Source: an uncultured virus (IMG/VR IMGVR_UViG_3300021197_001946) | Taxonomy: Duplodnaviria; Heunggongvirae; Uroviricota; Caudoviricetes | Length of the DNA: 64,000 nucleotides | Direction: 5' to 3' (one strand) | IMG/VR virus record: IMGVR_UViG_3300021197_001946 | Shown here: piece after piece, positions 25,996 to 35,119 of the stretch | How positions within the stretch are numbered: the stretch's first letter is position 1 | Layout: every line of letters begins with the position of its first letter | Notes under the pieces: model-generated | What the model saw: the letters and a program-made list of their open reading frames with translations, nothing else | What the model was told of the DNA's origin: nothing | Databases searched by the model: none | Translations under genes and position numbers: made by a program

Positions 25996-28900
25996 ATGTC
26001 AGTAAAGAGCTTTAAATTTGTATCTCCTGGAGTGTTTATCAATGAGATTGATAATTCATTTATCCCCAGGTCCGCCGAGGCTATCGGCCCTGTTATCATC
26101 GGCCGCGCCGCATACGGCCCCGCGATGGAACCACAAAAAGTACAATCGTTTTCTGAATTCATTAACTTATACGGAGATACTGTCCCCGGAAACGGCGGTG
26201 GAGATATCTACCGCAATGGTAACCTTCAGTCCCCAATGTATGGAACATACGCTGCGAAAGCTTTCCTCAACTCTAACGTTGCGCCTGTAACATATATGCG
26301 TCTTCTCGGGCATCAGCACACTAATAACGATGGTACCGATGGCGCCAAGGCTGGCTGGAAGACCGTTGGTCAAACCGCCCGGGCAGCATCGAATGGTGGC
26401 GCCTACGGACTTTGGATTTTCCCATCTGCGTCTGCAACCTTCCAATCATCGGCACTCGGTGCTGGTGCCAGCACTAAAGCGACCGCTTCTTCAATGATTA
26501 TGGGAACGGGCTCTTTAGCTGCTATTTGGTACGTAACAACCGGTTCGGCAATTGCATTAAGTGGAAACGCTCTTAATTTACAAACAAGAGCAAACATTGG
26601 CTCCGAGGCAGCCCGCGCGCCCAGCGGACCCGACAAATTCCGAACAGACAAAAATGTTGCTCAAATTGGCTCTATAATTAAATCAGACTCTAATGGTAGA
26701 TTTACAGTTCGAATTGCTTCCACAACCGATCTGGACGCCACGGCCTCGATGGACGATGCCAGCCTCGTCGAAGATGTCAAATTCAGTTTAAATGATGATA
26801 ACGAAGACTTCATCAGAAACGTATTCAACACGAATCCACAATTGGCTTCGACAGCCGGCGCCTTTTATCCAGCCAGTGCTCGCAAGCCATACTGGCTTGG
26901 TGAAACATTTGAGCAATATTTGAGATACGGTGGAAGCACAGTTAGAAATGAATTAGAAGGAACAAACTTAACAACAGCAGAACTTTACGGTGTTATGCTC
27001 CCAATTGCTAAATTTAGTGATAATTCAGATGCTCCGCATGCTATGCTTGGCATCGATGCTGCCGACGCAAATACTGGTTGGTTTATTGGTCAGGACCTAG
27101 GAAACAGATCAGTGTACACGCCCGCTGCAGCTAAGAAGTTATTCAGACTTGTTGGCCGCGGCCACGGTGAGTGGTTGCACAAAAACTTAAAGGTCTCTAT
27201 CGAAAAGATTCGAGCATCGAATTCACTTAGCTCTGACTACGGCTCATTCTCGGTTGTCCTTAGAATGCTTGGTGATACAGATACGAATGTACAAGTTGTA
27301 GAGAGATACGATAATTGTAACTTGGATCCTTCCTCCCCAAATTATATTGGTCGCAAGATCGGTACAGTTGAGTCACGTTGGAGCGACATAACCAGAAGAT
27401 TGACTTATGTTGGAGACTATCCAAACCAATCTAGATTTGTTCGCGTCGAAATGGACTCAGATGTCGATAATGGTGCTACCGATGCTAAATTACTTCCATT
27501 TGGTTATGAGGGTCCTCCCACATTCGAGAATATTGGTGACACTCAAACAAACTGGTCCGGCTCAAGCGCCGCCGGCCGAGTTCTTAATAACAGATACTTA
27601 TTTGGCAGTGCTCCATATACTGGTTCAAACGTCACCTTATTGTCTGGTAGTACTTCTGAGGCGACGACGGGGACCCGAATCACCGGATCGGCAATTCTCG
27701 GATGGCCATCAGATAAGCTTAGACTTTCCGCATCAGATGGTGGTTTAGCAGATCCTACCAACGCTTACTTCGGATTCAACAACCGCAGAAGCCACAGCAG
27801 CACGATTTCCGACCGCTCTGTAATGGATATACACAGATTGCTGGTCCAAGGTGCCCGCAACAATGCAACAGTAGCTGGACTTAGCTCAAGCGCATACTAC
27901 TTCAGTTTGGACGATGTCCAAAAAGATTCAGGCGGCAACAACTACTATTACCATTCTGGTTCCAGAAAGACTGGAGGTTCAGTGAGTGCTACAGATGGCA
28001 ATACATACAAGACGCTCCTCGATGCTGGTTATGATAAGTTTACTGCACCTTTCTTCGGCGGCTTTGATGGTTTAAACATTAAACTCCCAGATCCTTTCTA
28101 TAATGGAGGAATGGCAGGGGCGAGTGTTTCCGAACTCTCTAACGCGTCTTACTATACAATTAAGCGCGCAATTGATACCCTTGCTGATCCAGAATTTGTT
28201 GATGTCAACTTAATGACAATGCCTGGACTTACTCAGACCGGCCTCACAGAGCATATGATTAATGTTTGCGAAGAAAGAGCCGATGCAATGGCACTAATTG
28301 ACTTGCCCGACTTATACAAGCCGACTCACGAGCAATTTTACCCTGACAGAAATAGTAGAATTCTTAATAACCCACAGTCGGCAGCCACGTCACTCAGAAA
28401 CAGAAGAATTGATTCCTCTTACGGTGCCACATTCTATCCTTGGGTACAGACCAGAGACCAAAGAACTGGTCAGCTTCTGTGGATTCCGCCATCCGTCGCG
28501 ATGCTTGGAACATTTGCAAGTTCACAACGCTCCTCACAACTTTGGTTCGCTCCTGCCGGCTTCAACCGCGGCGGCTTGACCGAAGGTGCTGCTGGAATTC
28601 CAATTGTCAATGTATCCGAGAGGGTTGCATCTAAAGACAGGGATACACTTTATGAAGCAAACATTAACCCGATTGCTTCCTTCCCATCGAGCGGAATTGT
28701 TGTCTTCGGACAAAAGACGCTTCAAAGCCGTCAATCTGCACTCGATAGGATTAACGTCCGCCGACTTGTAATCTTTATGAAGAAGCAAATTTCGATTCTT
28801 TCAACTAGAGTGCTTTTCGAGCAAAACGTTCCAGAAACTTGGAACCGATTCAAATCACTTGTCGAGCCTTTCTTGGCCAACGTCAAGACTGATTTTGGTA

Positions 28901-29061
28901 TCACAGACTACAAGTTGATTCTTGATGAAACAACAACAACACCTGACTTGATTGATCAGAACATTATGTACGCGAAAATTATGATTAAGCCCGCAAGAGC
29001 TATTGAATACATCGCTATCGATTTCGTGATCGCCTCAACAGGTGCTTCTTTCGAAGATTAA
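25996..29061 (+). CDS. Tail sheath protein (gp18-like)
   Basis: FVSPGVFINEIDNS N-terminus; WFAPAGFNRG, INPIASF, FGQKTL, RINVRRL, FEQN. Confidence 0.95.
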   Translation: MSVKSFKFVSPGVFINEIDNSFIPRSAEAIGPVIIGRAAYGPAMEPQKVQSFSEFINLYGDTVPGNGGGDIYRNGNLQSPMYGTYAAKAFLNSNVAPVTYMRLLGHQHTNNDGTDGAKAGWKTVGQTARAASNGGAYGLWIFPSASATFQSSALGAGASTKATASSMIMGTGSLAAIWYVTTGSAIALSGNALNLQTRANIGSEAARAPSGPDKFRTDKNVAQIGSIIKSDSNGRFTVRIASTTDLDATASMDDASLVEDVKFSLNDDNEDFIRNVFNTNPQLASTAGAFYPASARKPYWLGETFEQYLRYGGSTVRNELEGTNLTTAELYGVMLPIAKFSDNSDAPHAMLGIDAADANTGWFIGQDLGNRSVYTPAAAKKLFRLVGRGHGEWLHKNLKVSIEKIRASNSLSSDYGSFSVVLRMLGDTDTNVQVVERYDNCNLDPSSPNYIGRKIGTVESRWSDITRRLTYVGDYPNQSRFVRVEMDSDVDNGATDAKLLPFGYEGPPTFENIGDTQTNWSGSSAAGRVLNNRYLFGSAPYTGSNVTLLSGSTSEATTGTRITGSAILGWPSDKLRLSASDGGLADPTNAYFGFNNRRSHSSTISDRSVMDIHRLLVQGARNNATVAGLSSSAYYFSLDDVQKDSGGNNYYYHSGSRKTGGSVSATDGNTYKTLLDAGYDKFTAPFFGGFDGLNIKLPDPFYNGGMAGASVSELSNASYYTIKRAIDTLADPEFVDVNLMTMPGLTQTGLTEHMINVCEERADAMALIDLPDLYKPTHEQFYPDRNSRILNNPQSAATSLRNRRIDSSYGATFYPWVQTRDQRTGQLLWIPPSVAMLGTFASSQRSSQLWFAPAGFNRGGLTEGAAGIPIVNVSERVASKDRDTLYEANINPIASFPSSGIVVFGQKTLQSRQSALDRINVRRLVIFMKKQISILSTRVLFEQNVPETWNRFKSLVEPFLANVKTDFGITDYKLILDETTTTPDLIDQNIMYAKIMIKPARAIEYIAIDFVIASTGASFED

Positions 29062-29124
29062 GAAAGTCGCGGAGGTTTTCCTTCGCGCAACTATATAGAA
29101 ATAGAGCTACAGGAGTAACAAAAC

Positions 29125-29712
29125 ATGCCATTTTGGTCTAAAGATTATAGCGCGGATCGTACCTTGGACGATCCAAAAAGAAAGTTTCGATTTAAAGTTG
29201 AGTTTCAAGGAATTAACTCTTCTCAAGGCGGTGCCCTGATGTGGTATGCAAAGACGGTTTCCAAGCCATCTTTTCAAATCTCTAGTGCAGAGCACAAATA
29301 CTTGAATCACACATTTTACTATCCTGGCTCTGTTACGTGGCAAGATGTTAACTTAACACTTGTTGATCCTGTAGACCCAGATATGACCGCTACACTTTCT
29401 GATATCGTTGTTGCTGGTGGTTATAGTCCACCCACCGATGCCACGGATTTGGTTAGTATGTCGAAAGCAAAGGCCTCGTCTGCACTTGGGACGATTATTA
29501 TCACTCAATTAGACTCAGACGGCAAGGCACTTGAAACTTGGACTCTTTGGAACGGCTTTATCACTGAACTTAAGTTTGGCGACTTAGAGTATGGTTCTGA
29601 CGAACTTACTGAGCTTAGCCTTACCTTGAAATATGATTGGGCCCGAGTTGAGACAACCGGAAACTCAGTTGCTGTCAACGGTTCCAAGTCAAACGAATAC
29701 TTCAGAGTATAA
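29125..29712 (+). CDS. Tail tube protein (gp19-like)
   Basis: PKRKFRF, YYPGSVTWQDVNLTLVDP, FGDLEY, LTLKYDWA; follows sheath. Confidence 0.85.
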   Translation: MPFWSKDYSADRTLDDPKRKFRFKVEFQGINSSQGGALMWYAKTVSKPSFQISSAEHKYLNHTFYYPGSVTWQDVNLTLVDPVDPDMTATLSDIVVAGGYSPPTDATDLVSMSKAKASSALGTIIITQLDSDGKALETWTLWNGFITELKFGDLEYGSDELTELSLTLKYDWARVETTGNSVAVNGSKSNEYFRV

Positions 29713-29737
29713 ATATTCTAAAATAGAGAGGTGAATA

Positions 29738-30607
29738 TTGTCCCGCAATAGAGACAGGCTCGGCGTACCTAACACGACGCCAGAGCCCACAGAACCGCCA
29801 CCACAGGTTTTTAATGAAAATGCAAGTGAACCCGGCGGCTTTTCATTCGTAGTCCCAACAGAATTTGTTGAGATTCCATCAAAAGGAAAGTATTATCCCG
29901 ATAACCATCCTTTAGCAGATCAAGAAACGATCGAGATCAAGCAAATGACTGCTAAAGAAGAGGATATGCTTACTTCCAGAACACTGCTTCGTAAAGGCAT
30001 AGCCTTAGAGCGTGTTATACAGAGCTTGATTGTTGATAAAAGAATCAACCCCAACACTCTTTTAGTCGGAGATCGCAATGCGATTCTCATTGCTGCAAGG
30101 ATTTCTGGGTATGGTTCCGATTACACCACCAATATTACATGTCCGCAATGCGGCACAAGCCAGCAACATCTTTTTGATTTGCACGATGCTACTGAGGTCA
30201 GAGAATCAGACCTAGGCACAAGCAACATCATTGACAATGGCGATGGTACATTTACCACTACGCTACCCGCTACTAAAGTAGAGGTTTCCTTCAGATTACT
30301 GACAGGCATTGATGAGAAAAGCTTGTTAACTCAAATTGAGAATGCAAGAAAGTCTAAAAAAGAAGAAAACACAATCACCAGGCAACTTAAACAGTTTATT
30401 ATAGCGGTCAACGGTGATGACACCCAAGAAACCATCAATTACTTGGTCAATAACGTGCCCTCCAGTGACTCACGATACCTTAGAAATTTATTCGTGCAGG
30501 TTACCCCCGATGTAAATCTTATGGAGAACTTTGAGTGCTCTGAGTGCTCATATGACTCAGTAATGGAGGTGCCGCTCACCGCGGACTTTTTTTGGCCTGA
30601 CCGATGA
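29738..30607 (+). CDS. Tail assembly chaperone/baseplate hub protein (gp26-like)
   Basis: VEIPSKGKYY, MTAKEEDML, CPQC and CSEC, ends FFWPDR. Confidence 0.75.
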   Translation: MSRNRDRLGVPNTTPEPTEPPPQVFNENASEPGGFSFVVPTEFVEIPSKGKYYPDNHPLADQETIEIKQMTAKEEDMLTSRTLLRKGIALERVIQSLIVDKRINPNTLLVGDRNAILIAARISGYGSDYTTNITCPQCGTSQQHLFDLHDATEVRESDLGTSNIIDNGDGTFTTTLPATKVEVSFRLLTGIDEKSLLTQIENARKSKKEENTITRQLKQFIIAVNGDDTQETINYLVNNVPSSDSRYLRNLFVQVTPDVNLMENFECSECSYDSVMEVPLTADFFWPDR

Positions 30608-30611
30608 GTAT

Positions 30612-30839
30612 ATGGAAGACATATATGAGCAGTTCTTCTTCTTAAAATATAGAGGTGGCTGGTCGTTTACAGAAGCTTATAACTTGCCTATTGGCTTAAG
30701 AGAGTGGTTTGTGAAACGACTTATAACTCAAATTGAGAGAGAGAATGAGGCAATGGAAAACGCCTCAAACAGCTCATCTAGTTCGCAAACATTAAGTACT
30801 CACAATCAGCCGAAAATGCCCCCTAACTTAATCAAATAG
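30612..30839 (+). CDS. gp51-like hub/tail chaperone segment, possibly the frameshift extension of 29738
   Basis: FFLKYRGGWSFTEAYNLPIGLREWF; no clear RBS; frame stays open back through the T7 run. Confidence 0.65.
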   Translation: MEDIYEQFFFLKYRGGWSFTEAYNLPIGLREWFVKRLITQIERENEAMENASNSSSSSQTLSTHNQPKMPPNLIK

Positions 30840-30888
30840 CTTTTTGGTGTAATAACTAATTAATATTAGTTCATTAGGAGTTTTTTAA

Positions 30889-33516
30889 GTGGCAGAATCA
30901 AACGATCCCCCAAAAGTAAGTGCAGAAGACCTTATTAATGAGGAAAAAAAGAATAAATTAGCCGAAGAGCGCCTTAATCTATTAGAAAAAGAGATCGCGG
31001 CCTATAAAGAGGCTATCAAAGATGAGAAAAATCTCTATAAACAACAAAGCGCTAGAAATTCTTTAAGAGAAGCTGAAAATGAATTACAAAGAAAGTCTCT
31101 TGAGAACATAAGACAAAAAATAGTTCAAAATACTGAACTTAATAAAAAAGATAAAAAGATTCTTGAAGATTTAGGCATCCAAGGTGATACTCACGATGCC
31201 AATCTTAAAAAAATAGAAAAACAGTTAGATGTCCTTGATCTTCAATCAGAAGCGCAAAGTGAGTTAAATACAAAACTTACTGAACAAGGCTCGCTAGCAG
31301 TAAAAGCACAAAAATCAGCAGCCTTGATAGGCGAAGCATACGGTCAGGGTAAATTAGCGCTTTTAGCAATGAATAGTGCAAGCAAGATGCTGGATACTGG
31401 CTTATCAAAATATATCAATTCTATAAAAAGCATTGTTCTTGGAGTCAACGAAGCCCAGAAAGGCTTTGAGCGCGCCACGGCTAGTATTTTTGGACCATCG
31501 GTGTCCAAGCAGGTACAGGCGACTTATAAAGAGTTAAATATATACGGCGTGTCAGCCAAACAAGCATATGATGCACAATTGGGTCTTTCGCGAGTTGTTA
31601 CTGATTTTACAACATACAATCCAACACTTCAAGGCGAATTAAGAAAATCATCGCTTTTATTTGAAGAACTGGGTGTGAGTCAAGACAGTTATTTTAAGGG
31701 CATGCAGAGTGCCATTAAATTCTTCTCAATGACTCCATTGGAGGCAGACAAAGCTTCGCGAGAAATCCTTGCTACGTCAAAAGCTTTAGGGGTTGTGCCG
31801 GCAGATATGATGGAGCAATATGGCCGATTGGGACCGACTTTGGCTAAATTTGGAAGTGATGGCCAAAAGACATTCAAAGATCTCGCGCGCATCCAAAAGC
31901 AAACCGGCTTTGAAATGGAGAAAATTCTTCAAATAACAAATAGATTCGATACATTTGAGGGTGCAGCCCAACAAGCAGGGCAACTTAATGCAGCGCTCGG
32001 CGGCAACTTTGTGAACGCAATGGATCTTATGATGGCAACAGATCCAGCAGAAAGATTTGATATGATTCGCCAGGCCTTAGAACAAACTGGTCTTTCGTTT
32101 GACGAAATGTCCTATTATCAAAAAGAATTCTACAAAAACTCTCTTGGTCTAAGCGACGTTGGTGAGTTGGCAATGATTATGTCGGGGGATATGGACGCTT
32201 TTGGCGATTCCACCAACAAAACAGCTGCACAACATAAAGAAATGGCAGAAACAGCCAAAAGCGTTCAAAGTGTTATGGAAGCCTTCCAGAGCGTTATTGC
32301 TAATAACGCTGATGGCTTCATTAAAATCGCCGGCGCCGTCGAGAAATTTACCAAATTTATGCTTGATAATGGCGAGATTATTCAGTATGTTACATATTAT
32401 TTGATGGCTGCGAAGGCCGCTTCAATTTTGTACAGGAGCGCAATAGTGGGAGTCAATGTTGCCCGGGCCACCGGCAACGCACTATCAAAAACAGGAACAT
32501 TCCTGTCAAAAATCTTTACTGCAGCCAAAATGAAAGAAACAGCAGTTGAAAAAGCTAGCGTTGGCCCTAAAAATGCGGCCAATAAAGCACAACAGCTATC
32601 CAACAAGAGCACTAAAGCCGGAATTGGCCCAATGCTTAGTTTTGCCCTCGCTGTTGGTGCTGTCGCTGCGGGAATTGGGCTAGCTGCCGTCGGGATGGCC
32701 TTGCTAATTGGTGCCGTTGATGAAGCCTCATTTGGTGCAGTGGCAGGCGCTTCGGTCATCTTTATTGGCATTGGAACTGGTGCTTACTTTATGGCCGGCG
32801 GCCTCGCAGCCGCGGCAGTCAAAGCAGGAGTCGCGGGCACGGCCTTATTGCCACTAGGTGGAGCGATAGCTTTAGTCGGCCTTGGTGTCGGTCTCGCAGC
32901 CGCCGGTATGGCAGAATTAGTCAAGTCGTTTAACGGTTTTGATGCCACAGAGATTGTCGCAATTGGCGCTGCGATGCTCGGTTTCTCTGTCTCGCTCTAT
33001 GCAGTGGCAGCAGCAATTGCTGCGTTCGCGAATCCGCTGACAGCCGGCGGTGCGGCTGTCCTTGCTGGTGTTGGCGTTGCGATCGGAGGCCTTGCTTACG
33101 CATTTGGCAAGTTTAAGGGCAAAGATGATGGTATCGATGATTTAATTCCGGTAATGCAATCAGTAGGCAATATTAGCCAAGGTCAGTTTGAATTAGCACA
33201 AAAAACGTTCGAATCAATAAAGAAATCAATTAACGCCACTGAAGTCAACAAAATGGAAGGCTTAGGTAATTTATTTGGTGATATTCACATTCATTACATT
33301 CAAACTGCCACAAGGGTAAGTTCTGGCGCCGCTACAAGAGACAATGCCACCGGCAATAACCGTTCTTCAGCAGAAAGTATATCACTTAGCGTAGATACTC
33401 CGATTCACATAGATATTGGAGGCCGGCCCCTTGACAAATATATTCTTAAACTAGTTAGCGAGAGTGAGACGTCTGAGATGAGGGCCGCTGTGCAAAAGCA
33501 AGGCGTAACCCCGTAA
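30889..33516 (+). CDS. Tape measure protein
   Basis: 875 aa, helical, Ala/Gly-rich hydrophobic C-terminal region; follows tube and chaperones. Confidence 0.8.
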   Translation: MAESNDPPKVSAEDLINEEKKNKLAEERLNLLEKEIAAYKEAIKDEKNLYKQQSARNSLREAENELQRKSLENIRQKIVQNTELNKKDKKILEDLGIQGDTHDANLKKIEKQLDVLDLQSEAQSELNTKLTEQGSLAVKAQKSAALIGEAYGQGKLALLAMNSASKMLDTGLSKYINSIKSIVLGVNEAQKGFERATASIFGPSVSKQVQATYKELNIYGVSAKQAYDAQLGLSRVVTDFTTYNPTLQGELRKSSLLFEELGVSQDSYFKGMQSAIKFFSMTPLEADKASREILATSKALGVVPADMMEQYGRLGPTLAKFGSDGQKTFKDLARIQKQTGFEMEKILQITNRFDTFEGAAQQAGQLNAALGGNFVNAMDLMMATDPAERFDMIRQALEQTGLSFDEMSYYQKEFYKNSLGLSDVGELAMIMSGDMDAFGDSTNKTAAQHKEMAETAKSVQSVMEAFQSVIANNADGFIKIAGAVEKFTKFMLDNGEIIQYVTYYLMAAKAASILYRSAIVGVNVARATGNALSKTGTFLSKIFTAAKMKETAVEKASVGPKNAANKAQQLSNKSTKAGIGPMLSFALAVGAVAAGIGLAAVGMALLIGAVDEASFGAVAGASVIFIGIGTGAYFMAGGLAAAAVKAGVAGTALLPLGGAIALVGLGVGLAAAGMAELVKSFNGFDATEIVAIGAAMLGFSVSLYAVAAAIAAFANPLTAGGAAVLAGVGVAIGGLAYAFGKFKGKDDGIDDLIPVMQSVGNISQGQFELAQKTFESIKKSINATEVNKMEGLGNLFGDIHIHYIQTATRVSSGAATRDNATGNNRSSAESISLSVDTPIHIDIGGRPLDKYILKLVSESETSEMRAAVQKQGVTP

Positions 33517-33532
33517 TAAAGGAGTATAAGTA

Positions 33533-34762
33533 ATGGCTGATGATAATGATACATTTGGAGAAGGTAGTAACTACTTTAGTTCCTTTAAAGTCGGTGGGGT
33601 TAAACAGAACATATATGGCCCCTCAGTCAAGGGTGTTCCAAATCCTGGTGTAAGAATTGAGCCTAAAACTGATGCTCAAGGCAAGCAATTATATGACCTC
33701 GACGGACAACCATCAGTAAATATTATCCAGCAGCCAGCTTTTATAGACGGCTCAGATGCATTGGCAAATCAAGGCTTTACGATCTCTTTCCAAAGTGTTA
33801 TTAATAAGAAAACGACCGTTTTTAAAGCTTTCGTGACGGCCTTCAACGAAACATATAATTCAAATTGGACCTCTGAAGAAGTTTATGGGCGAGCCGATCC
33901 GATTTATTTGTTTAAGAATACAACTAGAAACATTACGTTAGCTTTTGAGGTACCTGCATCAACCGAAGGCGAGGCTTATGAAAACCTTACCAAAACTCAA
34001 GAGTTAATTCAAAAATTATACCCAGCGTACACCAACGTTCAGCGAGCACAAACAATTGCTCAATCACCGCTTGTTAGAATGAAAGTGATCAACTTAACTC
34101 AACGAGCCGCCGGCGACTATGGCGCGAATTTAGGGGTTTCGCCTCAACTTATGAATGTCACACCGGACGCTTCGGATGGTATTCTTGGTATTATTAAAAA
34201 TGTCAGTATTAATCACCACCTTGACGACCCAAACACGGGTGTCTTTGAAGTTGCTAATGGCACGATATTACCAAAATTGATTGAAATACAAATTGAATTT
34301 GGAGCAATTCACGAAATGCCGCTGGCACAAAGAGAAGAGTGGGACGCCGAAGCTTTTGAGCAAGGTTTTTCACAATTTCCTTATGGACTCACTTCCCCGG
34401 CCGGCCGCTCTAAAGAAGAAATCAAGCGAGAAATAGACGAAGCGTACTCAACCTGGTCCAAAAACTATCAAGATGAAAGAGAATTAGAACAAGAAAGAGA
34501 ATTAGGCGATCAAGCAATGGAAAACGCTGAAGCAAGATATGCCGGTCTTTTCGGAAAAGCAAGATTCAATAAAGATAAGAAGCGCCTTCAAAATGGTAGT
34601 ATTAAAAATGATGAAAAAAGAAGATATTTGCAAGAAGCGGTTATTGGTGAAGAAATGACGAGAGGTAATGCAGACAGTAGCGATTATGGCACATATGCTG
34701 AAAACAATTCTGATTTCTATGATCGTGCGGAATATGACGCGTATGGCGAGATCATAAACTAA
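33533..34762 (+). CDS. Baseplate/tube initiator protein (gp48/gp54-like)
   Basis: FKAFVTAFNETY...VYGRADPIYLFKNTTRNITLAF, YP.Y, SPLVRMK. Confidence 0.6.
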   Translation: MADDNDTFGEGSNYFSSFKVGGVKQNIYGPSVKGVPNPGVRIEPKTDAQGKQLYDLDGQPSVNIIQQPAFIDGSDALANQGFTISFQSVINKKTTVFKAFVTAFNETYNSNWTSEEVYGRADPIYLFKNTTRNITLAFEVPASTEGEAYENLTKTQELIQKLYPAYTNVQRAQTIAQSPLVRMKVINLTQRAAGDYGANLGVSPQLMNVTPDASDGILGIIKNVSINHHLDDPNTGVFEVANGTILPKLIEIQIEFGAIHEMPLAQREEWDAEAFEQGFSQFPYGLTSPAGRSKEEIKREIDEAYSTWSKNYQDERELEQERELGDQAMENAEARYAGLFGKARFNKDKKRLQNGSIKNDEKRRYLQEAVIGEEMTRGNADSSDYGTYAENNSDFYDRAEYDAYGEIIN

Positions 34763-34773
34763 AGGGAAACAAG

Positions 34774-35115
34774 ATGCCAAGATATACAGGAACACAAATA
34801 TTCACCAACACAGAAGAGTTTTACGAGTTTCTTCGCAAGAAAAGAAATAGCCCGAAAGCTATTCGTATGTACGAAACTCAGAGGTTATATAACCCAACTG
34901 TTGGAGAACGTGCTAATTTGACCACAATTAACCACTTATGGAAGCTTGGGGACAGGTTTTACAAATTGGCAGCAAAATACTATGGTAACTCACAATATTG
35001 GTGGGTCATAGCTCAATATAATGGCATGCCAACGGAGGCAGACGTTGTTCCCGGTGATGTTATAACAATACCAACAAACCTAGAAGAGGCTTTAACTACC
35101 TTGAGAGCCGTGTAA
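34774..35115 (+). CDS. LysM-like baseplate protein (gp53/tail X-like)
   Basis: GDRFYKLAAKYYGNSQYWWVIAQYN...PGDVITIP. Confidence 0.8.
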   Translation: MPRYTGTQIFTNTEEFYEFLRKKRNSPKAIRMYETQRLYNPTVGERANLTTINHLWKLGDRFYKLAAKYYGNSQYWWVIAQYNGMPTEADVVPGDVITIPTNLEEALTTLRAV

Positions 35116-35119
35116 TAAT

